From Selaginella moellendorffii (lineage: Eukaryota > Plantae > Lycopodiophyta), in contig NW_003314356.1 in the NCBI RefSeq assembly GCF_000143415.4, forward strand, positions 558,001 through 622,000: a DNA stretch of 64,000 nt, in the 5' to 3' direction. Position numbers and translations under genes: made by a program. Below the pieces are notes generated by a model. That model was not told where the DNA came from and did not search any database. It saw nothing but the letters and a program-made list of their open reading frames with translations. Numbering within the stretch: position 1 is the first letter of the stretch; each line of letters starts with the position of its first letter. Below are positions 46,031 to 58,528 of this stretch, one piece after another.

Positions 46031-48330
46031 AACCATGGAAAGAACATATCAGTTCCAATCGAATCTTCTCAGTAAGAAGCAACTCTTCAACTTGTTTAGA
46101 GATAGTTTCTTCAGTGGCTTTACAAGGACAGATATCAGATTAGAGGACTTATACTTTGAAATGCCTTGACAACGTGTGGAGACGCAGGGTCCGCCAGGCA
46201 TGGTGCTTCCTGCATTGAAAAGTTTCTTCTGCAAGCTCTGGTGTGCAGGTTTTGGATTTGCTGCTCTGCGACGCAGTGAGTGGTATTGAAACCCGTAATC
46301 TTGAAGAAGTCGACGATGGTTTTCCTAAGTAGAGCTGTTTCAAAAGCCTGGAACTGTGGTTATGTCCTGTTCCAAGGAAGTGGGAAGGTTTGAAGACGGA
46401 GCGAGTGATAGTAGCTGGATAAAGCTCGTGGCTGTCCGTATGATACGCTATTAGAAGCATGTAACTTATTATAAGCATTTAATGATTGATTCAATCCTAA
46501 TGTAGATCAAATCGAAACAAAAGTAGGAAAAGCCACGCACAAGTTCAATTGATCATGTGGATAAGAAAAAACAACAGAGGAAACAATTAAACCAAAAAAC
46601 AAACAAACAAACAAACAAACAAGAAAAAGCATGAAACAAGCACAAACATTGTTAAGCTTACGATCTTAGTCGCCTGCTAAAATTTCAGGAAACAGAGAAT
46701 ACACCTGTTGAAAATGTCCATCAAGCAAAAGAAATTTTTGTATCTTCTCCATTGTCTCGTGGTCATATTGTGACAATTCCTTACCCAAGGAGAAGGCCAT
46801 GCTGGTCCGATGGTGTCAAGCAGGGCTTCTCAATCACCTTCACTAGGCCAGCTATTTAACGTGTCCGAATCAGCCGGTCTAGATATCAAGCTTGTTAGTA
46901 GTTCGCCCTTCCTTGAAAAAGCTATAGCAGAAAATATGTTTGCACAAACGTACTGGGAACCCTGAAAAAGCTTGTCAAAGAGATACTAGAGACATACTTG
47001 ATCTTTTGCATTTTATAGTTGTCAAAAAACTCTGAAAGATGTCGCAGTGCTATTTACAACCAGGATTCAGGTTGCAGGACCTGCATCGTAGCATGGTAGC
47101 GCATCCTTTAATGATATTTTAGCTAGGAAAATTTTCTGAAATGTGGCTCCTGGATAAAAAAAAGGAAAAGAAATAAAAACACACTTTGAGGTCCTGTTGG
47201 ATCAAGGAGATTTTTTGGGCACACATCCATCTTTGCAAGATGGCAAGAACCTCTACTGGTTCAATAATGACTAACATTGGATCAGTGACCTTATTGACAA
47301 TGGGGTACTTCTGCCTAAGTTTTTCAACCTTCTTATCAAAGCACTCAATTTCATCCCCATTATAACCTGTCAAAAAGCTTACAATTTAACTTTCTAAGAA
47401 AAGCACCTTGAGCTACAAAGTTTAAGAATGGTTGCCTTTTTAAAAAATGAAGAAGCTTGAGAGAATCGGACAACTTTGGCTTTTCATGGCTCTGGAATGC
47501 TTCTGATTTCGTTCAAAGTATCAAATTCTCCATTATGTATTCACTCCCGTGACAAGGATATTTCATGTCCCTTCGAAGGTCTTTGAGAATCTTAGAAAGC
47601 CTAGGTACAAAAGCAGTAGAAAAAATGTCAAATGAAAAAAAAATTTCAACCAATTCATTAAAATTTTCATTAAACACTATTTCAATGGTTTTGCTTTTTA
47701 TCAAACCCTAAAGTGAATATTTATTTTCAGTGTAGCAATTAAAAATGGACCGTGGATAAGAATGACTCTTAGGATGACAATCCAAGAATTTAACCTCTAT
47801 CTCAACACCCCATGCACACAGAGCACTCTCAATCCTCACGTTCACTACTCGTCAATCCAAGAACCCCCTCTTTCCAAGAACCCGTACTGTCATCTCCTTG
47901 CCGCTTAACCTAATTGGTAGAATTGTGTGACCAAATAAATACTTATCTTTTAAAATCCCCATCGTAGTCAACATCAGTACCACACAAATCTTTGCATGCA
48001 CAAGGTGCACATTTAAACATTATAATTACATATAATTCATCTCATCACAGCATCATAGGCACTCCACACTCACATTTCTCTACCCAAAACCAAGCTAACT
48101 CATGTCTCACAATTCACAATCTCTAAATATTAGTGAACATTAAGCTTTGTGGCCATGATTTTGTCATGCTAGCCCAGCCATGAATTTGTTATGCTAGTCT
48201 AGTTATACAATTTTAGAATCACAATCAATTTTAAAATCGACCATGCACAGAAATAACTCTTAGTTGAAACAAAGATGACAATCTAGGAATCTAACCTCAT
48301 CTCAGATTTAGCGTGAACCACGTCAGGGGC
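46030..48330 (-). other. Low-GC spacer with degenerate spliced-gene or transposon-like remnants
   Basis: AT-rich. Exon-like blocks are bounded by AG/GT on the minus strand (e.g. GYNGDEIECFDKKVEKLRQKYP...LIQQDLK|gt) but contain stops. No recognisable domain or terminal repeats. Confidence 0.35.
46597..46622 (+). repeat. (AAAC)6 microsatellite
   Basis: Six AAAC units in a row. Confidence 0.9.
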
Positions 48331-48444
48331 CACAGAGCCGTTACAACGGGATAGAAAATTGTGCCGTACATGTTGCAACACGTACTGAACAGTCTATTGC
48401 CGTACATTGTCACATTTAGGGTTTTAGCAAAATATTTCTTGGCC

Positions 48445-48768
48445 ATGGCGAGTGTAGTGATTTCGGGCGCCCCGGCAGCGTTGGAGGCGGCGGCGGCGGC
48501 AGCAGCGATCTCGCCTTTTTCGTGCACACTGGAGGTCCAGTACGCGAGCGAGGATTCGGCGCGGCTTGTGATGGCGGTGCTGGCCGTGGACGCGGAGCTT
48601 CAGCCCGACAAAGTGAAGCGAGCAATCTCGGCCAGAGGTGAGCGTCTGGTGGTCGCATTCTCCGCCACAGAGGCCAGATTCCTGAGAGCGTCGTTGAGTG
48701 CTTTCATGGATATTCTCACCCTGGCGACCAAAGCTATAGAAGAATTTGGCGCTGTGCCTTGTCGCTAG
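48445..48768 (+). CDS. PCC1: KEOPS/EKC subunit Pcc1/LAGE3 (intronless, 107 aa)
   Basis: FSCTLEVQYASEDSARLVMAVLAVDAELQPDKVKR...FSATEARFLRASLSAFMDILTLATKAIEEFG. Confidence 0.88.
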   Translation: MASVVISGAPAALEAAAAAAAISPFSCTLEVQYASEDSARLVMAVLAVDAELQPDKVKRAISARGERLVVAFSATEARFLRASLSAFMDILTLATKAIEEFGAVPCR

Positions 48769-48928
48769 TGCTGGAAGCCTTTCGCTCCTCCTTCCTGTGT
48801 CTGTGGAGGATATGTGGCCGGCCGGCCACTCCCAACACGTTTTCGTGTGGATTTCTTTCTCGACCAAACATACTTATATCTTCGAGCGCGCGTATGTTTC
48901 ATTTCCTCCCTGCGTATTAGATAGAGCT

Positions 48929-51254
48929 ATGGCAGGTGGCAGCGCTTCAAGATCTCTAGAGTTAACTCCTACATGGTCAGTAGCGATAGTGTGTACGTTG
49001 TTCGTTGTTATTTCGCTGCTAGGAGAGAGATCTCTACACCATCTCGGACAAGTAATTCTTCCCGATTTCGTAACGATCTATCGTTCTCTAACAATCTTAT
49101 GTGACTTGGATTGGCAGTGGCTCTCCAGAACAAAGAGGAAACCACTCTATGCCGCACTGGAGAAGATCAAAGAAGGTTCGTTTGTTCAAGCAGGCTCGGA
49201 TGCAATGACGAATGCTTGTTTCAGAGTTGATGCTGCTGGGATTCATCTCGCTTCTTATCACCATAACCGCGTCTTACGTCTCAAAGATCTGCATCAAATC
49301 GTCCTTTTTTGATAAGCAACGCATGCCTTGTCTCCTCCCATCATCCTCTAAAAAAGAGGCCGATCACTTGCTCGTAAGCAATCGGCGGAGGGAACTCGCT
49401 TCACTGGAAAACTCTTGCTCGGAGGTTTGTAAATTCATTCAATTGGCTTGGTCTTGTTTTCGTAAGATCCTGTTCTTTGTCTAGGGCCACGAACCATTTA
49501 TCTCTTTCCTGGGCCTTGAACAACTACACAGGTTTCTATTCGTCATGGCTGTCACTCACATTTTATACTCATGTCTGACTATGCTCTTGGCTATTATGAA
49601 GGTTCGTCAATGTGAACCTCCTCGTGATTTTACTGACGGTTTTAGTGTTTTATTAGGTCCATACTTGGATAAAATGGGAAGAAGAAGCTCACACTCATGT
49701 GGACAATCAGGAACAGCTAGCTGGTAAGACTAATGCTCGTATTCAGAAAAGAAATCAACTTCTTTAACTAAAACCTTGAAATTGCCAGAGTTAACTAAAA
49801 CCTTGACTCTAAAGCGTCAATCAACATTTGCTGCTTACCATGCATCTTCCTTGTGGAGCAGGAACAGCCTCTTGCTTGGTGTGGTGAGTAGTCTCTGATC
49901 ATGGAGCGAGCAGTTCTTGATAAAGTCCTGTCTTTGCAGCTCTGTTTCTTCCGTCAATTTTGGCAGTCCGTAACCAAATCCGACTATTTGGCCTTGCGTA
50001 TGGGCTTTGTGACGGTAAGTTGATCACAAAGTCTCTAAGAAATAACACTGAGTGGTTGCAGAAGCATAAGACACGCCCCAGATATGATTTTCACAGCTAC
50101 ATGATTCGATCATTGGAGGATGAGTTCAAAGATATTGTTGGAATAAGGTATTTAGTTCTGTGCTTGGTACAATGCTAATGCCACACTCATTTTTTTCTCT
50201 TTGCTCTTTGCAGCGTCATTTTCTGGACGTTTGTTGTCTGTTTTTTCCTTTTTGATGTTCATGGTCAGCAATTTTTCTGTTTCCGCTTCTTGTTTGTAAC
50301 ATAATCTTGTTCAGGTGTCAACTTATTTTTCTGGATGTCACTTGTTCCCATCGCGGTATAATGTTTTTCTTTTCTTTTGTTTCTTTTTGGTTTTAATTTA
50401 TCTCTTCTAAACTTTGCCATGTCAGATGGTTTTAGTGGTCGGAGCGAAACTCCAGTATGTAATCGCTAAGTTGGCTTTGGAAGATTCTGGATTGTCTGGA
50501 CCACGGATAGCCGGTTTAAAACCTCGAGACACACTGTTTTGGTTCAACAAACCGCGATTGATGCTACATCTGATCCATTTCATTCTCTTCCAGGTTTGGT
50601 TTGGCTTCTGCCGCTTGAATTGGCACCACAGTGACATCTCTTACGTTTTTACAGGACGCTTTTGAATTGGCCACTTTTCTTTGGGTTTGGGTAAGTTATA
50701 ATGAAAAGTTGTAAGGAAGTTAATTAATCCTGGAATGCATTTTTCAGTGGCAATTCGGCTGGGACTCTTGCTTGATGCAAAATAGGATCTTCTCGTATTC
50801 GCGAGTTGTCACCGGGTAAGTTTGAAAGTTTTGCGTGAATCAGGTAGAGGTCACATTGTCTGGTGATCAGGTTCTTGGTGCAAATACTATGCAGCTATAG
50901 CACGTTACCTCTCTATGCTCTTGTGACACAGGTAAGCAAAGTTTTAAATGTCACCGCATGTATACTGACGACAATGCTCGTACGTAGATGGGATCCAACT
51001 ACAAGAGAGCGATATTTCAAGAACACATAGTGGACTCGATTCACAACTGGAAGAAGGCAGCAAAGAAGAGAAACAAAGATCACAGCAGCGTGATGGACAT
51101 GAGCACCATAGACCGCAGCGCGATTGCTTCTTTTGGACAGGAGCTACGAGCGGTGCCAGAGGTATCATCTGTAGAGAGCGAGTTACAACAAAGGCCTGAC
51201 AAGGTGGATATCGAATCTGGATATTCAAGATATCTGTTAACTTTTAATAAGTAA
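48929..51254 (+). CDS. MLO: MLO seven-TM protein (probably clade I, MLO4/11/14-like)
   Basis: RSLELTPTWSVA, LEKIKEELMLLGFISL, YDFHSYMIRSLEDEF, LFWFNKP, LCSYSTLPLYALVTQMGS and the CaM-binding segment DSIHNWKKAAKKR. Confidence 0.95.
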
Positions 51255-51368
51255 TTTAACAGAAAAGGAGGGCTTCATTTAGTTAGTCAAAAAGGTAAAA
51301 CTTTTGTTTTAAAGCGTCCTGCTAATGAGCTCACCCTTAATTTTTATCGTCAAAACGAAGTAAGAGAG

Positions 51369-52241
51369 ATGCCGCGATACTCAATTGATTACTCGACAAG
51401 GCTAGGGCGTGGTACCGGTGGAACGGTGAGAGGGGGGATAAATCTTGACACTATGGAGAAGGTTGCCATCAAAGAGATGGTAGAGCATCTAAATCTACAC
51501 GAGGAAACGAAGCTGGTCTATGGTCTTCTACAAGAATGTCAACATGAAAACATCGTCAAGCTTTTGGACGTGGGCTCGATTGGAGGTAAAACGTACATGG
51601 TGTTTGAGCACATGTTTGGGGATCTCTACAAGTTCAAGAAGAGATTGGGCATGCTTATGAAGAGAACCCTCAACAGGGAGGAGATCAAGACGATCATCGA
51701 GCAGATCCTTCAAGCCCTGGCCTACATGCACGAGCATGGCATCGTTCATCAGGATATCAAGACCGCCAACGTCCTGATCAACAAGGAGGGCACCAAGGTG
51801 AAGCTGTGCGACTTTGATCACGCGAGAAGGGTCACGACGCCCCCAAGAGACCCAGAAACGATTGGAACGCTGGCCTACAACGCGCCGGAGATCATCCTGG
51901 GCGACACCCAAGAGCTGGGAAGTGGCGTGGACGTGTGGGGCGCTGGAGTGATCCTCGCGGAGCTGGTTCTAGGGTACAACCCTTTCAGCGTTGTACGCGA
52001 GAGCCACGCCGCCAGAGAGCTTTACAGGGTGGTGGAGGAGATCAAGGAGAGGCTCCACAGGGAGATTGGCGACGAAGATATTCTTGAGCTGCTGGACAAC
52101 ATGCTGGTTTGGGAGCCGGAGGAGAGATGGAGTGCCGAGAGAGCTCTTTCTTCCAGTTTCTTTGAGGATGGGACTCGCCAAATGTGTGGAGATCCATACC
52201 AGCAATTGACTTGTAAAATGGCCACACAATGCGTCATATAA
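51369..52241 (+). CDS. Intronless atypical Ser/Thr kinase, copy 2
   Basis: 290 aa, differing from copy 1 at 3 residues. Confidence 0.88.
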   Translation: MPRYSIDYSTRLGRGTGGTVRGGINLDTMEKVAIKEMVEHLNLHEETKLVYGLLQECQHENIVKLLDVGSIGGKTYMVFEHMFGDLYKFKKRLGMLMKRTLNREEIKTIIEQILQALAYMHEHGIVHQDIKTANVLINKEGTKVKLCDFDHARRVTTPPRDPETIGTLAYNAPEIILGDTQELGSGVDVWGAGVILAELVLGYNPFSVVRESHAARELYRVVEEIKERLHREIGDEDILELLDNMLVWEPEERWSAERALSSSFFEDGTRQMCGDPYQQLTCKMATQCVI

Positions 52242-52375
52242 AAAGTTTCATAACAAAAATCATAAGCTATAATTATATCCGAAAGACCTTTAATAACGAA
52301 TAAAATAGTTTACGTGCAAACAAGCCTTATTGTTAAAGTTAAAGATCGACGGCGGCGGAGTTCACTGTTGTTGGA

Positions 52376-55300
52376 ATGGAGATTCTTGGAGCATATCCAC
52401 CATCTTTCGTTCTTATTAGTGTGTCACTTTGCAGCTCCCACCCATTCCATCCAAAAAAAATGCAGGTCTCTTTCCGGAAGCTCTTCAAGTATGCCGATGG
52501 CCTCGATTGCTTGCTCATGGCAACCGGAAGCTTGGCAGCCATCGCGCACGGCCTCGTTCTTCCGATCAACATGTACTACTTTGGCCGGATCGTCAATGCT
52601 CTCGCCACAAATCAGAGTGACAGGGATGCGGCGGGATCGGCTGTGTTGAAAGTAAGCACGAAAAGCAAAGCTCGGTGTTCTTCCGGGGAACTTTGAAAAG
52701 TAATGCTTAATTACCTGGCAGTTCGCGATCGCTATGTTTATCGTGGCGCTCAATTCTGGATGGGTCACTTGGCTAGGTGAGAGCTGACTGATTTCTCCTT
52801 GCTCCTTCTCTCTTGATCTTGTTGGCCCGAGCAGAAGTTTGGTGTTGGCTGTACACGGGGGAGCGACAGTCGAGCCGGATCCGAGTGAGATACCTGGAGT
52901 CACTGCTGCACCAAGAGGTTGCGTTCTTCGATACTGAAGCAAACACGGGAAGCATCGTTAATCACATAGCCAGTGATATACTTCTAGTTCAAGATGCGAT
53001 GGGCGAGAAGGTACCTCAAGTTGTAGACAGACTCGCAGAATAAACGTGATGATGAAAACAGGTTGGTGGATTCATACACAACATGGCGACTTTCATCGGC
53101 GGAGTCGTAGTGGCGCTTTTCAATGGCTGGCAAATAGCACTCCTGGCGATTGCTACGGTACCACTGCTTGCCGGAACTGGGGCCGTGTACACCCGGTTGT
53201 ACACCGCAATGTTTACACGGAGCCAGGCGTCGCATGCTCAAGCAAGCTCCATTGCCGAGCAGGTAAAAGGATTCGTCTCGCCGTGGTTCTTCTCACCGTT
53301 ACATTGTTTCCTGCTAGACAGACAATATCACAGATCAGAACGGTCTACTCTTTCGTTCAAGAGTCTCGTGCTCTCACCTCCTTCTCTGATGCGCTGCAAG
53401 CCGCTAGGAAAGTCGGGGAAAGAGGCGGGTTGATCCGAGGGATGGGACTTGGACTTACGCTTGGAATTGTCAACTGTTCTTGGGCATTGGAGCTCTGGTG
53501 CGGTAGCATTCTCGTCTCCAAAGGACACATCGACGGAGGGAAGATTCTGACTGCGGTGTTTTGCATCGTCTTTGGTGGCATGTAAGCTGCAAGCACATCA
53601 GTCAGAGCAGATCATGAAGAACTTACGTTAAATTTTTACGTACCAGGGCCCTTGGACAGACAACTCCAGAGTTGCAGGTGTTCTCGAGAGGCAGAGTAGC
53701 AGCTTACAACATCTTCAATATCATCGACCGTGCGTCAAAGATCGACAGCAGAAATATTGAAGGCGAGGTCCCTGAAAATCTGGATGGATATATCGAGTTC
53801 GATGATATCCACTTCCGCTATCCAGCACGCCCGGACGTTACAATATTTCAAGGCTTGTCCCTTGAAGTACCCGCTGGAAGTTCTGTGGCGTTGGTCGGTG
53901 AAAGCGGCTCAGGGAAGAGCACAGTAATCTCTCTTCTTCAGCGATTCTACAATCCAATTTCAGGTACTTTCTTAAATCACCTCTTGAAGCTCTCTGAGAA
54001 AAAACGAAAAACACAAAATATCAGGAGAAATACGACTAGATGGAAGGAATATAGCGCACCTACAACTCAAATGGTTGAGAAAGAACATTGGCGTGGTAGC
54101 ACAAGAACCCGTCCTGTTTGCCACCAGCATAAAAGAAAACATCAGACTTGGAAAGATAGATGCAACTGATGAAGAAATTGAAGCTGCTGCTACAGCATCA
54201 AATGCAATCGGATTTATCATGCAGCTGCCTGAACGTTTTGAGACTCAGGTAAGAGAGAAGCTAAATACCTGTTGATGTTCTGAAGAATCGTCGGCGGGAA
54301 ACTAGGTTGGATATAGTACTGCGCAGCTCTCTGGCGGTCAAAAGCAACGAATTGCATTAGCGAGGATGATCGTTAAGAATCCTACCATTTTGCTGCTCGA
54401 CGAAGCAACAAGTGCACTGGATATCGAATCGGAGCATAAGGTGAAGGACGCTCTTGACGCTGTCATGGTGAATCGCACGGCGATAACTGTTGCACACCGA
54501 CTGTCCACGATTCAGAACGCCAAGAAAATTGCAGTTTTCTCAAAAGGCAAGGTGATTGAGCTTGGAACTCACGAGCAGCTTCTTGAAAAGGAAGGAGCAT
54601 ATGCTACACTGGTGCGTCTACAAGAAAGGAACAAGGACAACCATGAACAGTGAGTAATCACGAAAGTTTGTGATCTGAAAATTCAGCTGCTTACTTGTGG
54701 TGACCAGGCCAGAGACGTATTTTCAACCTTCGAGCTTGTCTCCCTACAGACCTTCTCTAGACCGCACAGGCAACTCCCCGCTTCTTTCACAGGAACCAAA
54801 AAAGCAACAGTCCGAAATTGAGCTGCGTCGCTGGAGTTCGCTGTGGCAACTTTGTAAGTTGGCGGGGAGAAACTGGCTTGAGTTATCAACGGGCAGTGTA
54901 GCAGCTCTGGTTACAGGCTGCATCAATCCGCTATTCGCTCTTTTCCTCATCGAGGTAGTCCAACTTTACTACCAGCCCGGGTCCATGCACAAAGTGAACA
55001 GATGGTGCGCAATTATCACTGCGCTGGGAGCTACTGCCATCTGCACGAACATTTTTCAGCATTATTTATATGCTAAGGCAGCGGAAAGCATCAGTCAAAA
55101 ACTCGAAGAACATGCTTTTACAGGTAGGAGCAACACGCCACAAACATCGCTCACTCTCGACTTGTTGACAGCCATTTTGGAGAACGAAATAGAGTGGTTT
55201 GACAAGGAAGAAAATACAAGCAATGCACTCACGGCTCAACTTTCCTCGAATGCATCAAGCGTCCGAACAGCAATGAGTGACAGGGTGTGCTTGCTACTTC

Positions 55301-56669
55301 AATACACCACATCAATCTGCTTGGCTATGGCACTCGGGTTCAGAATAAAATGGGAAATGGCAATAATAACCATTGCTACGTTTCCGTTTTCAATGGTCGG
55401 CGGGTCAATGAAGGTATGCATGCTTTTCATCCCAGTGCACAATAGACATAACCACTCTTGCAGCAAGGATTCCTGCAAAAAGGCTTCGCAGGAGACCTGG
55501 AAAAGCTACATGCAAAAGCAAGCAACGTCGCTGGCGAAGCAGTCAGCAACATAAGAACTCTAGCATCATTCTGCGCTGAAGCCAAGATCCTCGGTGTGTT
55601 CAAGGACCAGTTGAGTCAGCCCCTCAAGCAGAGCTTCATGCGTGCTCAGAAAGGTGGCATCCTCTTCGGACTCTCGCAATGTGGACTCCACCTTGCAAAT
55701 GCAACCGGACTCTGGTACGTCTCGCTGCTAGTCAAAAAAGGACGCAGCAACTATGCGGACGCTCTCAAGGTCTTTCAGATACTGGCATGGACAGGCTACG
55801 TTCTCGCAGAGGCTCTCAATCTCTTCCCAGACATCACCAAGGCACTTCACTCAGTCGCTTGCTTACAGAAAATCACCAGAAGAAAGACACAAATGAGACC
55901 AGATGAACCACACAGCAGGAAGCCAGACGACATACTCGGAGAAGTCGAGTTCATCGAAGTCGACTTTAGCTATCCCAGCAGACCACTGGTACCAGTACTC
56001 TCAAAGTTTAATCTTCACATGAGAGCCGGAATGACTGTCGCGCTGGTAGGCTCGAGCGGATCAGGCAAGAGCTCAGTCATCCAGCTAGTGATGAGATTCT
56101 ACGACCCAACCGCTGGACGCGTGCTTCTAGACGGCCACAACCTCAGGAACTACAACTTACGATGGCTCAGGAAGCACATAAGCCTCGTCAACCAGGAACC
56201 ATCTCTCTTCTCGACAAGCATACGATCAAACATCACATACGGGAAAGACAATGCAACGGAAGAAGAGACAATCGCAGCAGCCAGGATCGCAAATGCTCAC
56301 GGGTTTATCAGCAGCTTACCTCAAGGCTACGAAACGAGCGTTGGAGAGCGCGGCGTCCAGCTCTCGGGAGGGCAAAAGCAGAGAATCGCCATCGCCAGGG
56401 CCGTGATCAAGGATCCAGCAATTCTTATGCTGGACGAGGCGACGAGCGCGCTGGACTCGGAATCTGAGAGAGCCGTGCAGCAAGCTTTAGACGAGATCCT
56501 GGAGAGGAGGAATCGCACAACCCTAGTGATCGCTCACCGATTGTCCACCGTGCGGCATGCGCACGCCATCGCCGTGCTCCAGCAGGGCCGAATCGTGGAG
56601 CTGGGCAGCCACGACCACCTCATGGCGGATCCGCGCGGCGCCTACGCCCGGATGATCCAAGAGGGCTAA
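52376..56669 (+). CDS. ABCB: Full-size ABCB (MDR/PGP) transporter; start uncertain
   Basis: [27 protein letters not shown], two TMDs and two NBDs ([32 protein letters not shown]; [32 protein letters not shown]). Confidence 0.93.
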
Positions 56670-57426
56670 AGACAATGAAAATGGCGGGAAATCAAGGGAG
56701 CATTTAAACACAGCCGTTGGATCTGGGGATGGAATATACCGTTCTTCGGCCAAGTTTCCTTCGTATTTCTAAGACATCAGGGCTTCTTCTAGTAGCCTTT
56801 GTTTCCTTGAATGCGAGTTCTCATGTCCACCTGGTAGCAAAGACAAATTCCTCCATTGTGACGATCGATTGCGCAAAATCTCGCAAATTCACCTGGCCGC
56901 GCTTGCATTTGGCGTAAGTTTCTCGCAAACCCACACAGGCAGGAGCGATCTTGGGAGGATGCTCCCCGGCGCAATCCCGCAACGATCGCTTCTCCTCCTA
57001 GAGCGATCAATCAATCAATCATTCACTGCGAATCGGCCCATAGAACCCTAACCTGGTAGCACACAGACTCGCCCAAGCACTTGACGAGCTCCCTGGCGAG
57101 CCCTTTGCACGACTTGGCCATCGCGCATAAACCCTAGCTGCTACGTGTCACGACTGTGGCCGCATATCGTCGCGGCTAGGATTGCAAGTAACAAATCCCT
57201 CCACGTTTTTTTTATTTTTTACCTCTACCTAGGCTCTTTTGCGCGTGTGTTCTTGCGGGGATGATCTTGGCGTTCGCTTTGCTGTTAGGTCTTCGCGGAT
57301 GATCGCGGCGAGGTAGAATTTTGGCGAGGAGCTAGGCGCCGCGCTCCAATTCCAACGGGAAGATCGTCGCCCGAGCTGGAGGATTTGATGTTGGAGCGGC
57401 TGATTGCTGCTGGTACCTGGTAGGGC

Positions 57427-58076
57427 ATGGGTTGTGTGATCTCGTCGAGGAAAGGTGCGTCTCGAGCTTGGCATGGAAATTTTCGCTGATTTCCTGGTTC
57501 CAATCAGGGCATGACAAGAAATTGAAGAAACCTAAGCCGTGGAAGCATCCGGAGGCCATCACCAGAGGCCAGCTCAAGAAAATGCGCGAAGAATTCTGGG
57601 ACACTGCACCACATTATGGTGGCCAGCGAGGTAACTCTTTCTCCTCTCGGATGTTTGCTCTTCTTTTCCATCGTCTTCTAGATTTGTCCTCGAAGTTTTT
57701 CTGGATCCTTGTTTCGTAGCAGAGGATCAAGTAAAACTTTCCTCTAGAGCTTAGCTGGTTCTTTCTTTTTTTCTCTCGCTCTCACTCACCTTGTCAATTG
57801 TGTGGAAACTTTCAGAGATCTGGGACGCTCTCAAGGCTGCTGCCGAGGCAGATCTGAGCTTGGCACAGACGATTGTGGACAGCGCTGGGATCATCGTCAC
57901 CACGGACGATCTATCAACGTGCTACGACGAACGAGGTTCTAAAGTTTTTCCACTCGCTTCCTTCCAGGACAACTTAACGTTCTTTGTTTTTTCTTTTCTC
58001 ATCCAAACCAGGTGCCAAGTATGATCTTCCAAAGATTGTTCTCAGCGAGCCTCTCAACATGGTCAAGGACGATTAA
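57427..58076 (+). CDS. UBTD1/2-like ubiquitin-binding domain protein with an N-terminal MGC acylation motif
   Basis: MGCVISSRK|...[25 protein letters not shown]...CYDERGAKYDLPK. Confidence 0.9.
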
Positions 58077-58528
58077 ATCGATCAAGGATTGATTGAGCGG
58101 AAGAAAGAACAAAGCAAAACCACCGTGTAGAGTGAGTGAGTGAGAGTGAGTGCGTGAGTGTCCAGTCGAGCGGAGTGGAAAGAAAGCTCCATACCAGCAA
58201 CGATGGAGCCCAGATGGAGCACCAATTTATTCTAAAGACGAAAGCAAATTCGCCTATCTTAAGGGCTCCAGCTTTAGGGCTCAAATAGTAGGGTTTCTTC
58301 GAGAAAAAAACACACGAAAATGAGAGGAGCATGGGAATGTGGCCGGATCGATTCGGCGACGCCCGACGCACGGCGTCGCGCGGCGGTACTCGAGGTATGA
58401 TGCCAGATCTCTCCTCTCCTCCCTCCTAGGAATCGGCCCTAGGGTTTGCTGCCAGCGGAGGAGCCCTAATCCCGGGCTTGAGAGAATCTTCCATCTCTCT
58501 CGACAAATCGACATGAAGCCCGATTAGA

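Larger units (their letters stand above)
42950..52930. repeat. Large inverted repeat: left arm ~42950-46030, right arm ~49560-52930, spacer ~3.5 kb
   Basis: Reverse-complement identity of MLO 3' exons and introns, the kinase ORF and the ABCB 5' region, also visible as mirrored ORFs in the six-frame track. Confidence 0.92.

Noticed and set aside
52230-52241. Kinase C-terminus ...QCVI as a prenylation signal
   Set aside because: Cys is third from the end, so it is not a canonical CaaX box.
58128-58162. (GAGT)n-like run
   Set aside because: Short degenerate simple repeat in a 3'UTR with no further structure.
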